NCBI RefSeq assembly: GCF_964204645.1
Contig: NC_134034.1
Location: forward strand, 12,784,962-12,848,961
Length of the DNA: 64,000 bases
Source: Tubulanus polymorphus
Taxonomy: Eukaryota > Animalia > Nemertea
Direction of reading: 5' to 3'
The notes beneath the pieces are model-generated. The model made no database searches and had not been told where the DNA came from. It worked only from the letters and a program-made list of their open reading frames with translations. Position 1 is the first letter of the stretch, and every line of letters starts with the position of its first letter. Positions 24,971 through 38,300 of this stretch are shown here, piece after piece. The translations under genes were made by a program, and so were the position numbers.

Positions 24971-26765
24971 AGCAAACGTTGAAATTCGACAGAGAAATCG
25001 GCCCTGAAAAATAAAACGGGTTAGAACCTGGAAAAAAGAACGGATTAATAAACACGGAACAGTACAGGACAGTACGAAGACGAACAGTAACACATAAAAC
25101 ATGAAGACGTCGTTCCTCAGGAAGCAGGAACAGGAGCGGGAGCAGGAGCGCAGCGAAGATCGCCAGGAGGAGAATCCACGGTAGCATGTTCACAGTGTGA
25201 GTGTGCAGAGGTGAATGAGGCCTATGCTTGTGTACACGTGGTCAGCCGGTGACGTATTCAATAGCGCGTGTCAGAATGATATCAACAACTCTGAAAAACC
25301 GCAATTGTGTCTCTCTATCGTTGAATGGGTTTACATTATGAAAGGTTCCACCGCCGGGTTGAATACACGCCAGTAGTCAGCTGAACAATATAGTGGAGGT
25401 ACTGAATAAAGGTCATGAAATAAATTACTTGATTCCCAACAGCTACCTCCGAATTTATTAGCCGCCGCCTGTTTTTTTCCTGCTAGAATATTCTGGAAAA
25501 ATTTATAAATTTATACCGACCGATAGCTCTTCAGTTAAAGATTCACACCAACACAGGTCTTCATTAGAATCCGCGTAAACATTTACTAATGAAATTAGTT
25601 TATTAGTCATGCACCCCGAGATAACTAACTCACACCATGCACGAGGAAAGCGGTCTATTTGAGTCATTGGGGAAAACCCACTAATTAGTGGTATTAATAC
25701 CATGTATTCATGATTAATCATCATTCATGCTGTTATCACAGAATCCCGTCAATCGACAGATTTATAAAAACTCCTTGATTCAATTGAGGGGAGACAGGTT
25801 TTTTAATTACTTGGAGCACCGATCCTCTGAAATTCCAGGTCGAAATTCTCAAAAACTTCATGCTAATTATCACTCATAATTTGAAAAAAAACCAAATTGT
25901 TTTCTTTAATTTCGATACTGAATTAAACGCCGTACATCATCATGTAAATTTAGGAAAGTCCATATTAGAATTTCGTTTCTTGTTCCAATCTACTCTTATC
26001 CCATTTTTGATTTTGGTCAAAGAGTATGGCGGAATCAAATCATGTGTACAGGGCACCGTAACAACGACTGCTATTCAGCAGACTACCTTGACGGGTGAAG
26101 ATGGATTGTCCATCAATAATGAGAAGGGGAAGTAAATTCGAGGTCCTGCCAGTAATCCGCGTCCGGTCCATGACTCCGTATGTCAATTCAAAAAAACATC
26201 AAGACTTTATTGCCACAAAACAATATTCGTAAATAAAGTTTTTCGGTCAGGAAGAATTGAGTGAGTGGGTTTTTTGATAGCAACTTAAATACTTAAATCA
26301 CGGAATTAACCACCTGGCTCAAAGTGTACTGTCTGTCAACACCCCGGCCCCTTCTTAGCCCCTGCCGGCGAACTCGGCTGCTGGGGCTGCGGCCAAGGGG
26401 CGCAGAGCAGAGGGGTGGCTGGGGAGGGATGGATCTGGTCGGTGCCGAGAATCTATGGTGGTTCCCTTCTTTTCGCAAACCCAGCGTTAGGCTACACGCC
26501 CGGGCGGGTGGGTCCGCGACACATAAGGCGCCCCGTCAGTCAGTGCGCGGGCCAGAGATCAACACGTGCGATCATAGACTATAGTCTGAATACCTGTCAT
26601 TGTAACCTGTTCCCTCTCTGTGGGAATTTGGAAGGATGGCTAGGTACTATCTCATTCAATACCTGCGCTAGTTAGTTACGTAATCATTGGTGGTGAGCTT
26701 TTTATAATCGGATGAGCTTATACCAACGTTAGGGATGACAACCGGGCCAAAACACGGTTGAAAAA

Positions 26766-28910
26766 AGTAACACTTCAAAAATATACTTTCTGTTCACTTC
26801 AGTCCACAGTCTTAATTCATTCACTACGACCACTTCGATTTCATCCGTTTGAATTGTTCATATATTTGTAGTGGATTATTACGTAAAAGGAGAAGTGAAG
26901 GAACTGGAGGAGGAGGAGACGGCGGGACTGCCCGGGTTAAACACGACCACAAACACTATTCATATGTATGTGAAATACGGCTCTAAAATACGTAACCTAA
27001 TAGCGTATTCACTCAATAGAATGAAGGTCAGCGATCGGATTATAATAATCTGTTAATCCGTCCGCATCGCGGGATAATCCGTCTTAATCCTCTCTGATTT
27101 AAACGCGTTTTTGTTTCTAGGAAACCGATGTCGCTCAAATCACGTGGAACGGAATCGGAAAATCTGTCGCTAAAACGATAAACTGTGCTGAGATTCTCGC
27201 TGATAAACTGAAGGTGCGTTTACCCGGGAGACCGCGTCCTGCTGGACCGCGCAGCCTGGAAGCACTAGGGGAGGGGGGAGGGGTCAGTGCAATTGTGTAC
27301 TGTAATGCTTAATGTATATGAAAGAATGGCCGATTTTGCGTACAGAGGGCGAGGGGGGGTTGAAAAATTCAAATTTTATGCGTATGTAATAAATGAATGA
27401 TCCCTTAAATAGAGATTGCCCTCTTATTTGGTTGGTATAGGTTTGTATTGATTCGGTGTCCTTTGCAAACCGGCAACCTGCTAGGAGTGAAAAAGAGGGT
27501 TTGATTTTGAAATCGGAAATCAAAGTACAGATATAGTTGTGTGATCGGTGGTCCAGTTCGGCATAATTTTTAACTTAAACCCAGGAGCCAGTTGCATAGT
27601 CGTGGCTCAAGTCTTGTCTTGAATCTTAAGACTGGTCTTAAGTTGTAAGATTGGCTATAGAACTAAGTTGGTCTTAGACTGGTCTTAAGTCTAAGCCATG
27701 ACTTTGCAACCGGCCCCTGGGACTAACTCTTGTCCCTCAAGTTAAAGTTAATACTGGAGTCTATAAAAGCTGGTCCTTGGTTTTGAAGTTAAAACTGGTG
27801 CTTTTTAACTTCTCGAATCCGATTCAATATTCTATTTCTATTTTCAGTTGCATCAAGTCCGAAAATTCAAAGTTTTGAGGTAAAAATTCGAACAGTTCGA
27901 AAATCTCATCAAATTCGGGCACATTTTTCGCGAATAATTCAAACGATATTTTGTGTATTTGAAGGATTGAAGAATATTGGGAGCCGACGATAGAAGGCTT
28001 GGATCGACTAAAGGTGAATCGAGATATTCCAGCAGTAACTATACTCCTCACTAAAATACAACTTACTCCCGAACAAAAAAGGTATTTCATCCGATTAAAC
28101 CGAGTTTAAGTACGAGCCTAAACTCTGGAATATGTAAGAATATTCGATTTTAAATTGCGCAGGGCTGGAGACAGTGACACGTTCGAGGAGTGGTGGATGA
28201 ATCGACTTCACGAGGCTCGTTTAATACGCAGACAATTAGCCGGAGATATCGTCGACGACAACGAACAACAATCAATCGTCGCTACGGAAACTAAAACTAA
28301 AAATACCCGACATCGAAAAGATTCCTCGACGAATAATAGACAATCGGCAAAAAATAAACATTCCGATCGGACTATAGATGGCGCTACTCGTTTGGATCGA
28401 GGAGACTCGAACGTTGAAGGCGATAGTGATAGAACGTTGAATACCGCGGAGGACGGGAGTAGAGTGGGGGACCAGAGCAGGGGGGAGCAGGGCTGGGGGG
28501 AGCAGGGCTGGGGGGAACAGGGCAGGGGAGATCGGGGTAGAGGTGGCCAAGGTAAAGGAGGGGAGCACGGGAGAGGGAGGGGTCAAACAGGCCTATCTCG
28601 TAGGGGAGGTCCAGGCAGCAGGGGAGGGAGAGGTCCAGGCAGTAGGGGTGGGGGTGGTCCAGGCAGTAGGGGAGGGGGAGGTTCAGCCAGTAGGGGAGGG
28701 GAAGGTCCAGGCAGCAGGGGAGGGAGAGGTCCACGCAATAGGGGTGGAGGTGGTCCAGGCAGTAGGGGAGGGGGAGGTTCAGCCAGTAGGGGAGGGGAAG
28801 GTCCAGGCAGCAGGGGAAGAAGAGGTCCACACAGTAGGGGTGGGACTGGTCCAGGCCGCAGGGGAGGGGGAGGTTCGGGTAGTAGGGAAGAGAGTGGTGG
28901 AATGGGATGA
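26766..28910 (+). CDS. RPP25L: Ribonuclease P/MRP subunit p25-like (Alba domain) protein with RGG-rich C-terminal tail
   Basis: Exons: 26766 (A of ATG), 26872-27026, 27121-27213, 27848-27879, 27965-28081, 28163-28910; phases consistent. The translation contains Rpp25-family motifs MYVKYGSKIRNLIAYSL, ITWNGIGKSVAKTINCAEIL, LHQ and EEYWEPTIEGLDRLKVNRDIPAVTILL. AATAAA at 29004-29009. Confidence 0.9.
27268..27405. mobile_element. MITE-like dispersed repeat; inverted copy at 29692-29822
   Basis: TTTTGCGTACAGAGGG.GAGGGGGGTTGAAAAATTCAAATTTTATGCGTA occurs here and reverse-complemented at 29705-29760. Confidence 0.75.
27584..27716. mobile_element. MITE family B (Harbinger-like); other copies 55973-56110, degenerate ~6730-6900
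   Basis: TIR GCCAGTTGCATAGTC.TGGCT / AGCCATGACTTTGCAACCGGC; the interior is the reverse complement of the 55973-56110 copy; CWG flanks. Confidence 0.8.
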
Positions 28911-29003
28911 GAAAGAATTGAGGGATAAACATGTACATGTGACCTCATTTATACATGCACATGTAAAATGTCAGTATTTAATAATCATTGAATTCATTGA
29001 TGC

Positions 29004-29009
29004 AATAAA
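29004..29009 (+). terminator. Polyadenylation signal (AATAAA) of the Rpp25-like gene
   Basis: AATAAA about 95 nt after the TGA stop at 28908-28910. Confidence 0.55.
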
Positions 29010-29306
29010 ATAGTTTATATTTCAACGATGCTTTTAGAGTTTGTTACATTCTCATCTCAAAAGGAAGCAGCACGCAACCTGTTGGTCATTGTGTAAACTA
29101 ATAATTCATACGAACAACAAAAAATAGTTGAAAAATCTTTTTCTTTTATCACAGCAAAACGTTTGTCAATAATTTAAAATATCTGTAAATAATGGATGGA
29201 TTTTCATTTTCTAGAGTTAATTTCAGTAGTTAATTAACTAATTAATATTATACAGCAGTTTAAACTTGTTTCTGGACGGAATCAATATCTGTTACAAAAA
29301 AATAGT

Positions 29307-32300
29307 TCATAATTTGACCACTAGGTGGACATTTTTTGGGATCCACCAATCTGCGGTTTTTTCGCACGGTAAATCGAGGTGCATTATGGGATCACTACCG
29401 TTGGAATCGTTTAAATAAACGGGGCATTGTAACGTTTCTATGGTATCAGTGGTTACCACGGTTTCTGATTGAGTCGTATCTATCGGTTTCAACCAAACGA
29501 TCGGCATCCGTTGAGAAATGTGACGTCTGCTGTCGTCGTCGTGGTGATCGGTAAGAGTTGAATTCGTAGAATCCCACGAGGCGTGTCTGACGAGTAGGTC
29601 CGGGAGGTAAACGCCACACGGTGGAGGGCGGCTCGGCTCGTCACTGTTAAACGGCAAAAACTATCAAATATAAAAAAATACAATACAGGATTAGGGATCA
29701 TTTATTGCGTACGCATAAAATTTGAATTTTTCAACCCCCCCTCCCCCTCTGTACGCAAAATTGGACATTTTTTCATATACACTAAGCATTACAGTACGCA
29801 ATTGCACCGACCCCTCCCCTAATGTGTACGTAATAAGTACAGGGCTGCCAACCTCTGAAAACTGCTATCAGTAACAAATTGAATTTTTTTCAGTAACATT
29901 TCATTGAAATATGAAAGAAAATGTTCATATCAATCAGTAATCAACAGCAAGACCCCCAGCTTTCATATTTCTGTGATGCATCAAACAAATCGAATCAGTA
30001 TTTTTCATTATAAAAGAGTAACAAATACTGAAAATCAGGAACTGTTGTCAGCGCTGAGAGTAGCCTGCGTACACGAGGTGGAGCTGCTTTAGATAATGAG
30101 CGCCCTCTATAGTAATACCTGTTGAACTAGTTTGAGATTGTGTACGTCACAGTAATGAGTAACAGCGTGGTGTTGTAAGATAGTCTGTATAAACTGCTCC
30201 GGTCGATTGAAAACCGGTAATCTGTACAGAACGATAGAATCCGTCTGCTCGATGTAACTCTTCATCGTCTGTCGTCTGCTCGCTATCAGATTCAACCAAT
30301 CCGTCAACGTTTCCCCGGTAACCGAGCTATCCCGTTGCCACGCCGACGGTATGGTATTTGTCGATATAGAACGCCACATTTCAACGAGTTGCGGAGTTAG
30401 TGCACCGTCGCCACGGATACCGCTAATAATCGATTCTAAATCGGCCTGCAGTCGATTCTGTTGCCGTTGGAAACGTTCGACTTCGTGATGGAAGAATATT
30501 TCCATCGGGTTGAAAGCGAGGCTGTTTGTCGCCGGTAGCGATGGTAATTTTAGAACGGACTGTAAGTGATGCTCGAGTATTCGTATGTTAGCTGAATGAG
30601 GCTGAACGGTCTCACCTCCACCTCCGCTCTCAACATCGTTTACAACACCTTCAACTGTCAGTAAATCATCAATCAAACACCTACAACATTAATCACACAC
30701 ATTCTTTAATATCAGACACCCACAATGTACATAGATAATATTCGCTGCTGGACTGGAACAAACTGGGTTCAGAACTATGGAACTGGCTGCCGAACTGTGG
30801 AACTGGGTCTGAACTGTGCAACTAGGTTCAGAACTGCGGAACTGGCTGCCGAGTTAAAGAACTGGGTCTGAACTGTGGAACTGGATTCAGAACTGTGGAA
30901 CTGGCTCAGCTGCCGAGTTGTGGAACTGGGTCTGAACTGTGGAACTAGGTTCAGAACTGCGGAACTGGCTGCCGAGTTATAGAACTGGGTCTGAACTGTG
31001 GAACTGGATTCAGAACTGTGGAACCGGCTGCCGAGTTATAGAACTGGGTCTGAACTGTGGAACTGGGTTCAGAATTGTGGAAGTGGGACCAGAACTATGT
31101 ATCTGGACCCAGAACTTGGGAACTGGAACCAGAACCGTGAAACTGGATTCAGAACTGTGGAACTGGGTCCAGAACTGCGGAACTGGGTTCAGAACTGTGC
31201 AACTAGGTTCAGAACTGTAGAACTTGGTTCAGAACTGTATAGAACTGGATCATGTAAGCAATAAATACACCCGCAATGTATACTGTACAAACCTGCTGTT
31301 AGCAGCCGTGTGTAACGAATCGACCAATGAATGAGCACCTAACATTTGACCAGTCACAGACGACAGCTCATCCAGTTTATTGATTATTACGTCTTTACGT
31401 TCGTGATCTAAAGCTAACCACAACGAGGTCATATCATTCTTACCAAACGACGCCTAGAAATTAAAATACATTTATTACACGCATAATCAACCGTAATCAG
31501 TGTCTCCGGGTTTTAATCCGGGTTTAAATTACCTGGTTATGATCGGATTTAAACACGACGTTCAGTAATAACTGTAACAGCGAGTCGACGCCGCAGCGAT
31601 CAGCCTTGTTCTGACACAGTCCGCCGTACGTCGCCGTGACGATCGTTTTCAGCCCGAAACACGTCTGCTCCCTCGTCATCACCGTTAGCAACGCGTTTAA
31701 ACTCGTCTCGATCTCTTTATACGTCCAGCCAGGCGTCTGCTCATATATGGCGCTAGCGCCCGTGTAGTTCTGACGATGTACGAGAACGGAATGTAACAAT
31801 ACAAGCAGTTTCTTCAGCCAATCAGCGTCGCTCAACTGTAAATATATTTCACCAAATTCTTCAAAGGTTTCGGACTCAATCTTTATAATCGGCCAAACTT
31901 GGTATTCCACCCAAATCCCTGGGGCTGCAGTTGCTCAAAAGTCGGTTAAAGTTAATCAGTGAATAGTTGACAATTGAAAGTTCATTGTTACCGTGGTATT
32001 TATCCGCCAGTTACCGGTATCTTTAACCAACTTATCAGCAACTGGCCCTATATTACTCAAATTTAGTTAATTTGCGATTAAAATATTATGTTCAGTCATC
32101 GGAGCGGGCGACTGCAAGCTTCGACCAATTTCTGTCCACGGTCTGCAATGCTCTGCGGGGACAGGTGGTTGTAATAATCTCCTAACAGATGCTGAATATA
32201 TTTCAGGTAGGAGATGCGGTGTCTACCGGGACGTCGTTTACCAACCCTCCTCCCTGACTCCTCAAACCGTTAAAGATGCGTACGTCAAGTTTGAATACTA

Positions 32301-35300
32301 ACCCATTGATCGCGCGGATACAAAGCGTTCCATTGATCTGTGATTTTACCGACCGCGTCGTAACATTTATCGATCGTTGATTTAATGTTTCCTCTCAATT
32401 CGCACGTCACCTTCAAACTATACTCGATCAATACACCTTTAAAAAGAAATAAAATAAAATCCAAAATCAATCACAGGCCTGGGTTCGGGTTACTCGAAAG
32501 TTGGCTAGAGATAACTGGTGGACCAATCCAGTGGTTATAATGCAATTTCAATTGTCACTATACCAATTATCCAAACTCTTACCAACTTTTGAGCAACTGT
32601 GAGTTCAAGTTTTAAAACATATTTTCAATAGTTTCCGCGATAAAACAAATATCTATAACGCTCGTAGTCTCATACCTGGTATGATTTCTACTCGAGAGTC
32701 TGATTTCGTTGTAATCCAAAGTCTAAACGTTGATTTCACTTCTAAATCACTGGTCTCCGATTGATCTAAAACTTCCTGCAAATTCAAACAAAGTTCTTAT
32801 CATTCAAAACAGTCAAGTCTCGATTCTAAAGATACCCAACAGCCCTGACCCTGCCTCGGACACCTACCCCTGGCTCTGACACCCACCCCTGATGCTGACT
32901 CTGACAACCACCCCTGACTCTGACCCTGCACAGATATATACCTGAAGAATTTCGACGGATTCTTGCGACCATTTTTCAACCAGATGAGCATTCTGCAAGA
33001 CCAGCCAATCACCAGCCTTCATACAACGTTTCAACCTATCGGCCACGAGTTGCATTTGAACATCGGAGCCTAAGTTCATCACGTGAACTCTTCTAAACAT
33101 CTGACAATCTTTACTCAATTCATTCAATGATTCTGTTAAATTCCTGGATAAAACTCCTAGAAAAAATTGAAATACCAGAAAAACATCAGCTATCGGGTTA
33201 ATACTAAATTTACACTTTCCGAGGGATCAGTGATATTTTTCCATCAGTGAGACCAGCAAATGAAATTCTGTCCAGAGTTGGTGTCAAATACTGAGTAAGA
33301 GTTTGTGAAATACAGTAGACTCTGTCTCTTACTGCGGTAAAGTTGAGACTGGTAAAATACTACCCCGAGTTGGTGTCAAATACTGAGTAAGAGTTTGTGA
33401 AATACAGTAGACTCTGTCTCTTACTGCGGTAAAGTTGAAACTGGTAAAATTCTACCCCGAGTTGGTATCAAATACTGAGTAAGAGTTTATGAAATACAGT
33501 AGACTCTGTCTCTTACTGCGGTAAAGTTGAGACTGGTAAAATTCTACCCCAAGTTGATGTCTAATACTGAGTAAGAGTTTGTAAAATACAGTAGACTCTG
33601 TCTCTAACTGTGGTAAAGTTAAGACTGGTAAAATTCTACCCCAAGTTGGTGTCAAATACTGAGTAAGAGTTTGTGAAATACAGTAGACTCTGTCTCTTAC
33701 TGCGGTAAAGTTGAGACCGGTAAAATTCTACCCCGAGTTGGTGTCAAAATACTGAGTAAGAGTTTGTGAAATACAGTAGACTCTGTCTCTTACTGCGGTA
33801 AAGTTGACACCGGTAAAATTCTACCCAGAGTTGGTGTCAAATACCGAGTAAGAGTTTGTGATGTACAGTAGACTCTGTCTCTTACTGCGGTAAAGTTAAG
33901 ACTGGTAAAATTCTACCCCGAGTTGGTGTCAAATACTGAGTAAGAGTTTATGAAATACAGTAGACTCTGTCTCTTACTGCGGTAAAGTTGAGACTGGTAA
34001 AATTCTACCCCGAGTTGGTGTCAAATACTGAGTAAGAGTTTATGAAATACATTAGACTCTATCTCTAACTGCGGTAAAGTTGAGACTGGTAAAATTCTAC
34101 CCCAAGTTGATGTCTAATACTGAGTAAGAGTTTGTAAAATACAGTAGACTCTGTCTCTTACTGCGGTTAAAGTTGAGACTGGTAAAATCCTACCCCGAGT
34201 TGGTGTCAAATACTGAGTAAGAGTTTGTGAAATACAGTAGACTCTGTCTCTTACTGCGGTAAAGTTGAGACTGGTAAAATTCTACCCCGAGTTGGTATCA
34301 AATACTGAGTAAGAGTTTGTGAAGTGGGCACATACCTGCATTAGTAGTAGAAGCAGACGGCAGTACGAGTATAACTGGTGTATACGATGAACTGTTCACA
34401 TACGCATCGTGCAAATCTAACTGAGCATCGTGACCTTCACTGATTTCACCGAGTTCCTGCAAGGTCAACGCTTCACAAACCTCGACAAACTACAATTAAC
34501 AGAAAAACACTTCGTCAAAAATCCAGTTCCATCGATGAAATTTGAGGTCGTTCGATTTGATTTGAAAACAATCCGTACCTTTTCGCTGTAGGCGCACCTC
34601 CAAATTAAACATTTCTGAATCGTAGTCAATCCAAAAAACTGATCGTCCGGCAATGGATTCATCAGCGAGACTGGCAACTGAAAATATACACGGATAGTGA
34701 TGATGTCATAGGTGGATTAACGGGGGCGGCCATATTGTATTATTGATACTTTACTTTGAAATATTCGCGCCATTGTTTTTGATTTTCGTGTAATGAATCT
34801 TGTAATTTGTCAAACGCGGGTAGAATTTCTCTCAATCCCTCGCATTGTGACCACGCCTACAACACACGAACACAAACAAACTAAAACAAACCATCAGCTT
34901 TTAGAGAAATCTCGTAGATGTTTGGACCCTGCATGTGAAATGACAATCTTCGAACAGCCCTCCTCCTCGTATGGGTTTCATAATGAATGGTCCCTTTTGA
35001 TGTAAAAATGTGGATTGACCCTATCTATTATCTATTTGATTCAAGAATGAAAACTTGACAAAAATGAAATTGATTTCAAGCTTTTGGATCTAAAATCAAT
35101 AATGAGTTAATCAGTAAATGTATAAATTTTGCATAGATTTGAATACATTTGCATTAATTAACATAAACTTAGAATATGATTATGAATGATGAATTTGTAA
35201 GTGTATATATTACCTCAGTCGTCATCCACGAGGGCTTCATGAAGAGATCCGAACCTCGCGAGGTCTCGGCCGCCCGAATGAAAACCTCGTATTCCGCGCG

Positions 35301-38300
35301 AGTCATCGATTTATTCGACAATAACAACTCGAGCGTCAACAGAATCGGAAACAGCCTCGAATGCGATTCAAACATCATCGCGTTTACGTAACGACTGATA
35401 TTACTGAGCAGAGCGTTTATCAGTTCACAACAACGAGCTTTCACATCACCTACAGTAGAAACAAAATTAGAATAAATTTTAATCCTGCATGGATCCAGTT
35501 CCGCAGTTTTAAGTTTAATTTAACTCTTAAGAGTTGAAAATGATCTGATTTTAACTCGGAGTTAACTCCTCACTCACTATACTGTGGAACTGGACCGTGC
35601 TCACAACTAGCTACATTCTAACAACTCCTCTCACTGCTCACAACTCATTTCAGTTTCATTTCCTTCAATCAGATCTTATCTATGCTCATCTTGACCTCGA
35701 GGCAGACATCCTCCCCTAAACATGGGTTCCCACAGATAAACCCAGCACCCTATCAATCCCCCCAGTGAGCCCTCTCCACGAGAATGAAATTTCCATTCAC
35801 ATGATCTCCCCAATTTACTTCTTCTCTCATAACTTTGGTGATTCTCACCGGGGTCCACAGGGGCGGATCCAGGATCCAGACCCCAGTTGCTCAAAGGTTG
35901 GTTAGAGTTAACCAGTGGATAGTTGACATAGTGACAATTAAAAGTTCATTGTTTCTATGGTATTTATCCACTGGTTATCTTTAACCAACTTTTGAGCAAC
36001 TCGCCCCAGGATAACTAGTGACACTTGTAAATACGCCCATCAAATTTTCTTAGTGCCCTTTTTCATTTTGGTGCATTTCATTGTGGACTGTACGCTTGAT
36101 ATAGTCTTATTGGGACGTGACCAGCCCTTCAAAACTGGCCTCTTGGTTCGCCCCTGGTCCGGCGCTACAACTCACCTGATAAACCTTTTCCTCTCTGATG
36201 CGAAGAAACGGTTTCCGTAAATATCTGTTTAAACCGTTTTAACCGTGTGTAATAAAACGGGTTTAGCATCTCGAGACGTTTGATCACGCCGTAAGCCGTC
36301 GTCGCGGTTTCAATCAATCGTAAATACGGCCGAACTTTCGACTCGAGTTCCCGCACGTTCGAATTCGTATCGGATAAAATCAGTTCGTTTTTAGCCAATC
36401 GTTCGCGACATTCGTTCAAATCGTCGAGCAACGTGTCGTCTGCTAATAACGACGTCTGCAGATCCACAATTTTACTCTTGATCTTTTCCTGAAAAAATAA
36501 AAACTCGATCTAAATTCATTAATAATAACTTTTTATTTTCCCTCGAATTACAACACGATTATACATACAAAATCATATAAAAGAATACAAGGGTTACAAC
36601 TGTTATATATAAGTGTCATCATGGGCGCATAGACTAGTGTTAAGGTCTAGTCTATACGAGTCTATCATTCAAGAATGAATCCTAATCACGCTTTAATTCA
36701 GTATGTCGAAAACCGCAGCGTATTGATGGAATTAGTTTTTATCTTTAATGAAAGATGGCAGCACTTGTCGAACAGTGAAATGTAGATAACTAATGATACA
36801 CCGCACCACGGTGTAGACGCACTATAGCGGTCGGTATTCCCGTTATTCAGCACGCTTGGATGGAATTTTTTGAAATTTCAAAATTATCTCCAGCATTTTC
36901 AGGTATTAATTAGTCAGCACTGAAAGGGTTGACTTAAGGCGCTTATTACATAAATTACATTAAACAAATTTCTGGGTTTAATGAATCAATTGAAACTGAC
37001 GAATCTAAATTAGACAGATTTTCTGACTATGATAGCGAAGGTTCTATTTCCCGATTGTCTCCCCCGGTAAACCCGGTGTCCTGTCATGTGGCATATGGTG
37101 GATAACGGTATTTGACTCACAACCGATAGGTTGAGGGTTTCGAATCCTAGTGAAACCATGTTATTCAGGCAGGACATATATCAGTGCCGGTCGACTCACT
37201 GATTTAACGACAAAAGTTTAAAAATCTTCAATATGATGAAGTGACCAGTAACCGAATGAATTATTGAATTTTTTTACCTGTTCGCCTTGAATGTTCGTTC
37301 GTTGATTGAATATTTCCGTTTCGTACGAGCGAAGTTGAGCCTCGTATTCGGGACGTTCGTAGCTCATCGTTTCCATCCACAGCCAGTTCGCTAACCCTTC
37401 CTCGTTCATCGATAGATCGATTAGAATCAGTTTATTCAACGTTAAACCGTTCGACTCGACGCCAGCACGTCCTACAAAAACATTCACCAGACGCTTCAGT
37501 CAACGATAGATGTAAAATGAATGAATACCGGTATATGCTCTACAAGGATCTAATTATCACTTAACTTTAAGAGCTGTCTAACAGACAGATGGATGGACAG
37601 ACAGACAGACAGGCAGACAGACAGGCTGACTTACCCTGCAGTGTAAGAGCTGTCTAACAGACAGATGGATGGACAGACAGACAGACAGGCAGACAGACAG
37701 GCTGACTTACCCTGCAGTGTAAGAGCTGTCTAACAGACAGATGGATGGATGGACAGACTTACCCTGCAGTGTAAGAGCTGTCTAACAGACGGATGGATGG
37801 ACAGACAGACAGACTGACTTACCTTGCAGTGTAAGAGCTGTCTAACAAACGGATGGACAGACAGACAGACAGACAGACAGATAGACAGATAGACTTACCC
37901 TGCAGCGTAAGAGGTGTTGACATACTGAGATACAATCTGAAATTCTCATGATATTTGATTTGTCGCGTTGATATTTTGATAGTTTTTGTTCCGTCTGCTT
38001 CTGTTTGATATTGTTTATGAATTAAACTCTGATAAACGACGTCCAGTGGTTTCCTCTCTATATTCGTTATCAGTAACGCGTAACCTAGCAACACAACAAT
38101 CGATATTAGACGAGCTGCTCTGATTGGCTAATCGGTACACCGATGATGTCATAAATGGTTACCTTTAGATACGGCCTGTTCGACGTAATCGTCTAGAAGT
38201 TTATCGGTCGATTTAACGACTCTTACGCCATCTATTGGCGGTTTTAGTACCGGCCGATCGTCGCTACGAGGCGTAAACAAACTCTCGATATCGAACACGT

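Noticed and set aside
24798-25193. 131-aa ORF as an intact protein gene
   Set aside because: It is a chimera of a hydrophobic stretch, acceptor-like pyrimidine tracts and a frameshifted LINE fragment; kept only as part of the candidate transcript.
26290-26600. RNase P or MRP RNA gene next to its protein subunit
   Set aside because: Conserved P4 (CR-I/CR-V) sequences were not found on either strand.
28272-29013. Overlapping ORFs (Pro-rich minus, VQAVGEG plus) as extra genes
   Set aside because: They are alternative frames of the 24-nt repeat encoding the RGG tail; only the 28155 frame connects by splice phase to the Alba exons.
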